This document shows, in pieces, positions 1 to 64,000 of a stretch of DNA of 64,000 nt; position 1 is the stretch's first letter, and every line of letters starts with the position of its first letter. The translations under genes and the position numbers were made by a program. The notes below the pieces were generated by a model. That model was not told the DNA's origin. It searched no databases and saw nothing but the letters and a program-made list of their open reading frames with translations. The stretch comes from Chrysomallon squamiferum (taxonomy: Eukaryota; Animalia; Mollusca): the NCBI GenBank assembly GCA_012295275.1, contig CM022670.1, positions 20,336,001 through 20,400,000 on the forward strand, given 5' to 3'.

Positions 1-1273
1 AAACCCACAAAAAACCCCACACACAACCAATGAGCCATGGATGCTTTCTGACGTTCCTCCACTGCTTGATAACAATCAACTATAAATGAATTTTCTTTCC
101 TCTTAATGTCACTTTGGCAGTCAGTTTGATTTATACCATTTCTCACAGACTGGGCAAAACACACAGAACAAATGTTTACAGTTCTCCATCTTGCAATAAA
201 AATGTTATAGTGTGAAAGTTCCAGCTCACTGATTCTCTCCAAATGGACACTGTGATGTCCTTTTGCCCACATGTCATCTCATTTACATATGAACCTATGT
301 GCTTCTGTGTCCAGTGTAATGGATATGTGTGAAACTAGAATATGGCTTTGTTTTTAACTTCCAGATTTGATGGTTTTGAAAAAAAGATCTATGCACACTA
401 AAATATTAAAGATAAAATTTATTATTATTTCTTTGTTTTGTTATTCTAACAGCTGTGTTAGTTTTACAAATGTTTTTGACATCTATGTGTACATGTTTTT
501 CTGTCCATATATCAGCATTTAAAAAAAAATATATATATTTTTTTATTGCTATTGTTTTTTTTAATATTATAAATCATTATAATATGAAAGTTGTTTGATA
601 AGAATAAGGTTTCTGTGTAAACTTTGTCACAGATACAGATGTATGCTTGAAATAATGCATGAAAGAAATATAATGAAAAAAAAGTATTATTTCACTGAGA
701 TAAGATTTATTACAACAAAAATAGTGATAGCTATAAACACAATGCTATAATTATCTATTTTCAAATTTATCTTAAATAAGGGTAATTTTCAGTATTCAAT
801 TTAAAAAACCATACTTACCTGTTCAAAATGTAAGTAACATTTTATAATATCTTATTTACGTTTATTTCTGGGAAATAATACTCTCTTTCTTTCTTTCATT
901 AAACTCTCTCTCTGACTCTCACTCTCTCTCAAGATCAGGCTTTTTTCTTTCTCCTTTGATACACAGTAAATCCAGCATACCCACAAACACCCACAGACAC
1001 ACTTCACTACAGATAAACCAAATTGGAAATAACATATTAACTCCCTCATATTCATAGCGACTTTATACAGAGTACAAAGCATCTACATATACACACTTTC
1101 ACAAACAGATAAACACCCACACACATATGTATAAACAGAAGACCTGTATCAGAAGTGCCTCTTTCACACAGGTGGTTCTTATAACCAGTTCAGGTATATA
1201 ATATAACCTTACAAGACAACATTCATTCCAGAGTTTAATATCAATTGATTGGATATTGAAAGTGAAATCTATT

Positions 1274-1330
<57 letters not shown>

Positions 1331-4163
1331 CAAAAACAACAACAACAATAATAATAATAATAATAATAAATACACTAAGAGAACTAATTATATTTCTGTT
1401 AGGTTTATTATAACATATAATTAACTCATTTGCATTCTTTTATAACCATTCTGTGAACTACCTCAATTCTTTAACAATATTGAACTCTGTTGTATTACTG
1501 AATTTAAAAAACCCCCATTAGTATTCAGCTGTTAATAAAACATAAATTATGCCATCAGTCTTTTGTAAACATTATAAAGTATTAGATCTCTGAAACAGTA
1601 CTGAACTATATCAGTGATTTTTGTCACTTTATTGGCTTATTGGCAGACGCAAGATTTGTGAAGCAGGATGCAGTTCATACCAGGCTGAACCTTGACATTC
1701 ACACACAGTGAAGTTTAACTTGGCACCTCACTGCTGATGTAGTAAATGGTCTTACGACTAAAGCAAATAACATTCATCTCTTGTCATACCAAACCAGATT
1801 AGCAGAGAAACATCTTTTGGAAATGAACCAAAATGCCACATATGCCGTCAATGCTGTGGATTCATTCTTAACAAACAAAACTGTTGGGAAAAAAATCTAC
1901 TGCTGCCTTTTAGCATTTGGGCTACAAGATTGATTTCTATCAACAAACATGTTGGATGAAAAGAGGTGCACAATTTTGTCAGTCAACAATTTGTGCTTGG
2001 CTACACCTTCACAAACAGGAAGGGACTTGTCTAGTGCTAGCAGAACTGGCATGAGCCAATAGTGGCCATGCTTATTTGCTGCACAGTGTCAACAAACAAA
2101 CACCAATTAACTCCTGTATCTGACAGTGGGGATGTGCTGCCGACAGAGCAAGTTAAAAGTCATGGGAAATACACAGCTTACCACAACAGGAATCTGAGTT
2201 GTACATACAAATCTGGGATGATAAAGGTTTTGGTACATATTATTAATTTTTTAATTTTTTCTAATTTAAAAAACCCACAACAAAAACCAAACAAAAACCA
2301 AAAAACAGTACCTGCAGAAAACAACAACTACAAATTCTTTAAATATCAAATAACACCCAGAAATGCCCAACAATAAAAAGCACCCCAAAAAACAACAACA
2401 ACTAAAGAACTATAAAAATTGAAAATAATAAATAAACAAATATAATAAAAAACCAAAAAACAACAACAAAAGAACAGAAAACAGACAAACTAAAGACTGA
2501 AAAATAATAAGAAACAAAAGAAAAATAATATATATTTATACAAAAATACAGCAAAAATTTAAAATATTCTTGACAGTCTCATCAAATGGTAAATTCTTGT
2601 CTTGTCTTTTTGTAATTTAAAACCAACTTATGTTTTGTTAAAAACACTAAAAACTTGTTCAGTAAATGTGGGAAGTTTTGGACATTTTCAATAAAAAAAA
2701 GGAAGAAAAAGAATGTTTTCTTATAAGCCAAGCTATAGACTGGTTTATGTTCTTTGAGTTGGTCTTCAGTATTATTTTTTGATGAAAAAGTGTGAATATG
2801 TTGGTTACATAGTTACATGTTTAACAGATTTCATTTTAAAACACACCTTATATATGTACTTATATATGTGTGTATGTGGTTGAGTATATTTGTCTGTATG
2901 TATATTTGTGTGTGTATATGTATCTGTATGCATGAGTATAAATTGTATATATAAAACCATAAACATTGAGATAGATAATTAGATCAACAGACATACATGC
3001 AGCCTGCCAAAGGAGAAAAAGGAAGATATTTTAAAACTCAATAACATCATAATCCAGGTATTTTTATATAGAAATATAACAAATCATTGTTCTAATCAAC
3101 AACAGGCAAATAATCAAATCAACAAGCTTTTAAACAATAACAAAATTCTCTTTGCAAGACAACAACGCAAGGAAGTCAGAAGAGGAGTACAGAAAAAACA
3201 ATATATGTCTTTTTAATGAATGCCTGCAGTGTGTTCTGAGACTGGAGAGAATGGACCATCATCATTAATGAACAAAACTCAGGTGTCTTGTTCTCCCCTG
3301 GGGAAACTCTTCATCTACTTGGGACAAACATCAAAAGCCTGTGAGTAATTGATTTTTTTGTCATGTCTGCAAGGTAACAGGAAATGCAGACTGCAGAGTA
3401 ATGGAGAAATTAGGCAGGTTGCATTTGTTGATTGATATTCATCACCAGGAAACCTGTTTGTCACAATTGTGCCTAAAACCATTATCCTTGAAATTTACTT
3501 AGGAAGAATAAAATATATAAAAATAAAACCTCCCAACCTACCCTAATATCTGTGAATGTATTTCAGTTCTTTCTCTTAATGCATCATTTTAATAAAATTT
3601 TCTTTAAAAGTACATCATATTTTTTCACTGAAGTACTTTGCTTGAGGGTGGTTCTATGAAGAATTTTTGTAATATACTCCAGGTACCAATATGTGTAATA
3701 GTTTACTAAATCTCCTCTGTAAGTATTCAAACCAATGTCCTCATTTTGAGAATGAAATGTTTTATCAAACAAACTAATAATTATAAAGAAATTTCAAACA
3801 GCAAATTATTTAGAGAAAAAAAAGAGAGGAATATTTTAACTAATGAAAACAGCTAATTCCAGTTTGTTTATGGTGATATACAGAAACTATTCAAAACTGT
3901 GGCATAATGATATTTCAAATTTTTGAGAAAGACCATATCAAAGAAAATGTCCTTTGTGCATAATTTTAGAAGTTTTTAAAATTAATATATTTATCATTAT
4001 TATCATAATTAACAATTTATTTAGTTATTAATATAAATTAATTTAATTTTATTTTATTTTGTTTTCATCCCTACCTTAGTAGTAACAACAACAACACATA
4101 CAGATATTTATACATATAAGTACTCTCTCATGCTGATGATCATATCTTCTTTATGAAGACTTA

Positions 4164-60990
<56,827 letters not shown>

Positions 60991-62147
60991 CTGCAAATAA
61001 AGAAGAATCAACAACAACAACAACAACAATGACAACATAATAATAATAAGAAGAAGAAGAAAAAAATACAAATAAAAACAACATTTATATTTAATAATAA
61101 TGGTGATGATTATTACAATATCTCCAGTGAGACTACTGGATAGGACATTTATTAATAATAGTCAATCTAACATTCTCCAGTATTGTTATTGTAACTTTAC
61201 CAAGTAGCTTTCATTCTCTTTTGTATATGATTTGTCTTAATGTTCAACATACTGATGTAAAATGTGAATTATGAAATAATTCAGATCATTGTAATCTCTC
61301 TTGTCCCTGTTTCAGTTGTGTCTATTGCAACAGGTATTTTATTTATTTATTTATTTTATGATTTATTTTTGTTTTGGGGTTTTAATTTATTTTCCTAAAT
61401 AATAAAATTTTCACAAGATTGTTGTATTTACTATTTAAATGTGTTCACAAAACATACTATTTCATGAAGTAAACTGATTATTATCATTTGTCTTCTTAAA
61501 TAAAAGAGTTAAATTCACCATGATATAGAGTCAATTATGTGCATGTTGATTAAATTAAAATAATAATGTTTTCTCAAAATATTCGGTTAAGTACTTTTAT
61601 TTTTAATTATAGTTCATGTCCGCTCTTGGAAACTGTGGTCCAATTTGCTGTGTACATGTTGACATGTACAGTCACAAAATTAATGGTGATCCTATTGTTT
61701 TCTCAACAGTATTAATTGTAAAATGACCTGCAGCAATTTCAGAGTATCTGCTGTGAATTTCTAATGATTATTGCTAAATCCACATCAGCTGTGGAAGTCA
61801 GGAAACGGCCATCTCATTCCATTGACTAGTCCTACAGCAAAATGGCTCAAAGTCGGACTAATGATAATGGTCTAAATGTCATTATAAGTAAACTGGTTTT
61901 AGTGCAGGAAATTTAGGATGTATGTTTAAACAGCCATGGTGAAGATGAACAGCGATTACTGAGGCAAACAGCAACAGATAATAAAATAGGACAAAATGGA
62001 ATGGAAAACAAATAAATAGTCTAAATGTTACTCCATTTCAGTGATTATTATACTACGGTGTTAACATGTAATATACCTCTGTATGGTATGTGAAATATAT
62101 ACAAATGTAAACATACATACATACATACATATACACAAATGAACATA

Positions 62148-62215
<68 letters not shown>

Positions 62216-63032
62216 TACAAGCTGTTATATTAAAGGTCATATGTTCATTTTCTTTTTTGTTTCTTTCTCTCAATTCCTTTTTCTTTGCAGCCATTTTATT
62301 TATTTAACTCACTTTTCCCCCCATCACTAGTCATTTTACTTTGTAAATTTCACAAGAAAACCAATCAAGATGTTGCATCCCACAGGAAAGATGTGGTTTC
62401 ATGCATGCACATCTGTATGTGTTCTTTAACCATCTGCAACAATGTGAATAGAAAACTGACATTTTCTCTTGTCTTGGTAAACTCAGTTTTCTTTACAGAA
62501 AAGACATTGTGAAGAATTTTGCACTAAACAGATATATATGTTTAAGACACCTACCTGCATATACATGTGTTTTTGTTTATTAGATATATATAAGTAGTGT
62601 CAAGTTACATATAAAAATTAAATTAACTTTGAAAACATGCTTTTAATAATCTGCCATGTCTGTCAGTATATATATGTGTATGTTATTATGTATGTGTTGT
62701 AAGAATGTGTGTGTAAGTTTGCATGTGTGTATGTGTTGTGTATGTATGTAGCAGTTTCGGTGTGTATACACTCAGAACCCACCCATCCCCACCTCCAAAC
62801 ATCTCCCACAAAAACATATTACCAGAACCTTTATGACCATTTCAGAAATTTCACACCCAAATACTTATATGGTGATGTATATACATATTAACAACATAAG
62901 CTATGATATTAGAAATAATGTAATGGAACTTCTCAGTGATTAGGTCACAAGAAATATGTCAAGTCATGTTTAGAGTTTTGAATTATTTCCTTCCAGTAAC
63001 AAAAACCTTCACTAGAATACATATACACTTAC

Positions 63033-63094
63033 AAAACAGATCTTTTATTACTGACCAATATTTCTGTTATAGTCATTGCCTTCTCAGACACCAT
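63033..63094 (-). CDS. Candidate alternative first coding exon (MVSEKAMTITEILVSNKRSV)
   Basis: ATG preceded by an in-frame TGA; ends TT|gtaagt in phase 2, matching the phase-2 acceptor at 60990. Confidence 0.35.
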
Positions 63095-63713
63095 TAATCA
63101 AATATTCTTTTCTTTCTTTTCAGTTTCTTCAGGGACTCTGCTGCTGACAGATCCAGGTCAAAAGTGATTCATATACTTGTATAGCAAAACACACATACAC
63201 ACAAACACAGCACATTTAGACTATATAACAACAGAATATTATGTCCTGCCTTTCGATTTAATTGATTTTAATTTAAGTAAAGCGGTTTTGCTATTATGAG
63301 CAGGATGATGGAATCTCACAGGACTCCACCTATTTCCATTCCTTGTTACTCTATTTAAAGCAGTAAATAACCTCTGACACAAGAGTTTAGTTAATAAATG
63401 TTCCTCTGCTTTCTCAATAATATACATCACAATCAGGACACTTTAATGAAATGAAAATGTCAACTTGTATAACATCTTAAATGTTTAACTGATGGGAAAT
63501 GAATTGGAGTATATTAAGCCAAAAACTTAGCTGATGTAATTCACTGCATAATTAAAACAGAAGATTTAAACTAAAAGTCATCAAATATACTGATTGTTAA
63601 CACAGGATATCTGTTTTTGTGTTTTATTCTTTAATTGTAGTAAAACAATGTAAGTTAAATTTGAGAATAACTTAAAATTTTTGCAGAGGCAAGAAGCAAA
63701 ACTACATCTGTAT

Positions 63714-63750
<37 letters not shown>

Positions 63751-64000
63751 GTCTTATTTATAAACAATGTTAATCATTAGTTCATGTTTGTTTTTATGTA
63801 TTGCCAATGTTTTTTCTGAATGAAACTTTAAAAAAGTGAAAATAATAAATATATATAGTACTTACTTTACTAAATCCATTATTTCACAATACATACACAC
63901 TTAGCAAATGTCAGTTGTGAATCACTGGGAATTTTATATATCTATTAACATTTAATAAGTTGTCAATGGCTAATGAATGCACTGAATTTTCTGTTGAACT

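Overview
AT-rich, microsatellite-rich eukaryotic (invertebrate-like, possibly molluscan/spiralian) genomic DNA occupied almost entirely by one multi-exon gene on the minus strand: an otoferlin-type (type II) ferlin. I traced 33 exons with GT-AG boundaries and checked their phases by hand, from the linker before C2B (60990) to the first part of C2F (4219). The rest of C2F and the TM anchor lie left of the window, and C2A, if present, lies right of it. Main points: (1) a tandem-duplicated, mutually exclusive 85-nt exon pair in C2B; (2) the roughly four exons expected to encode C2D cannot be found in the 3.9-kb intron where they belong, and the flanking exons join in frame; (3) a 1-nt frameshift in the first C2E exon; (4) two microexons (12 and 18 nt) and an 81-nt cassette exon in the C2DE-C2E linker, flanked by Rbfox/QKI/NOVA-type motifs; (5) a decayed HUH-endonuclease (parvovirus NS1/Rep-like) insert, antisense in an intron and ending at a perfect 54-bp tandem duplication; (6) a candidate alternative first exon that would give a C2A-less isoform. 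Most other ORFs in the track are low-complexity artefacts. Comparisons with vertebrate otoferlin use recalled sequence, not a database search.
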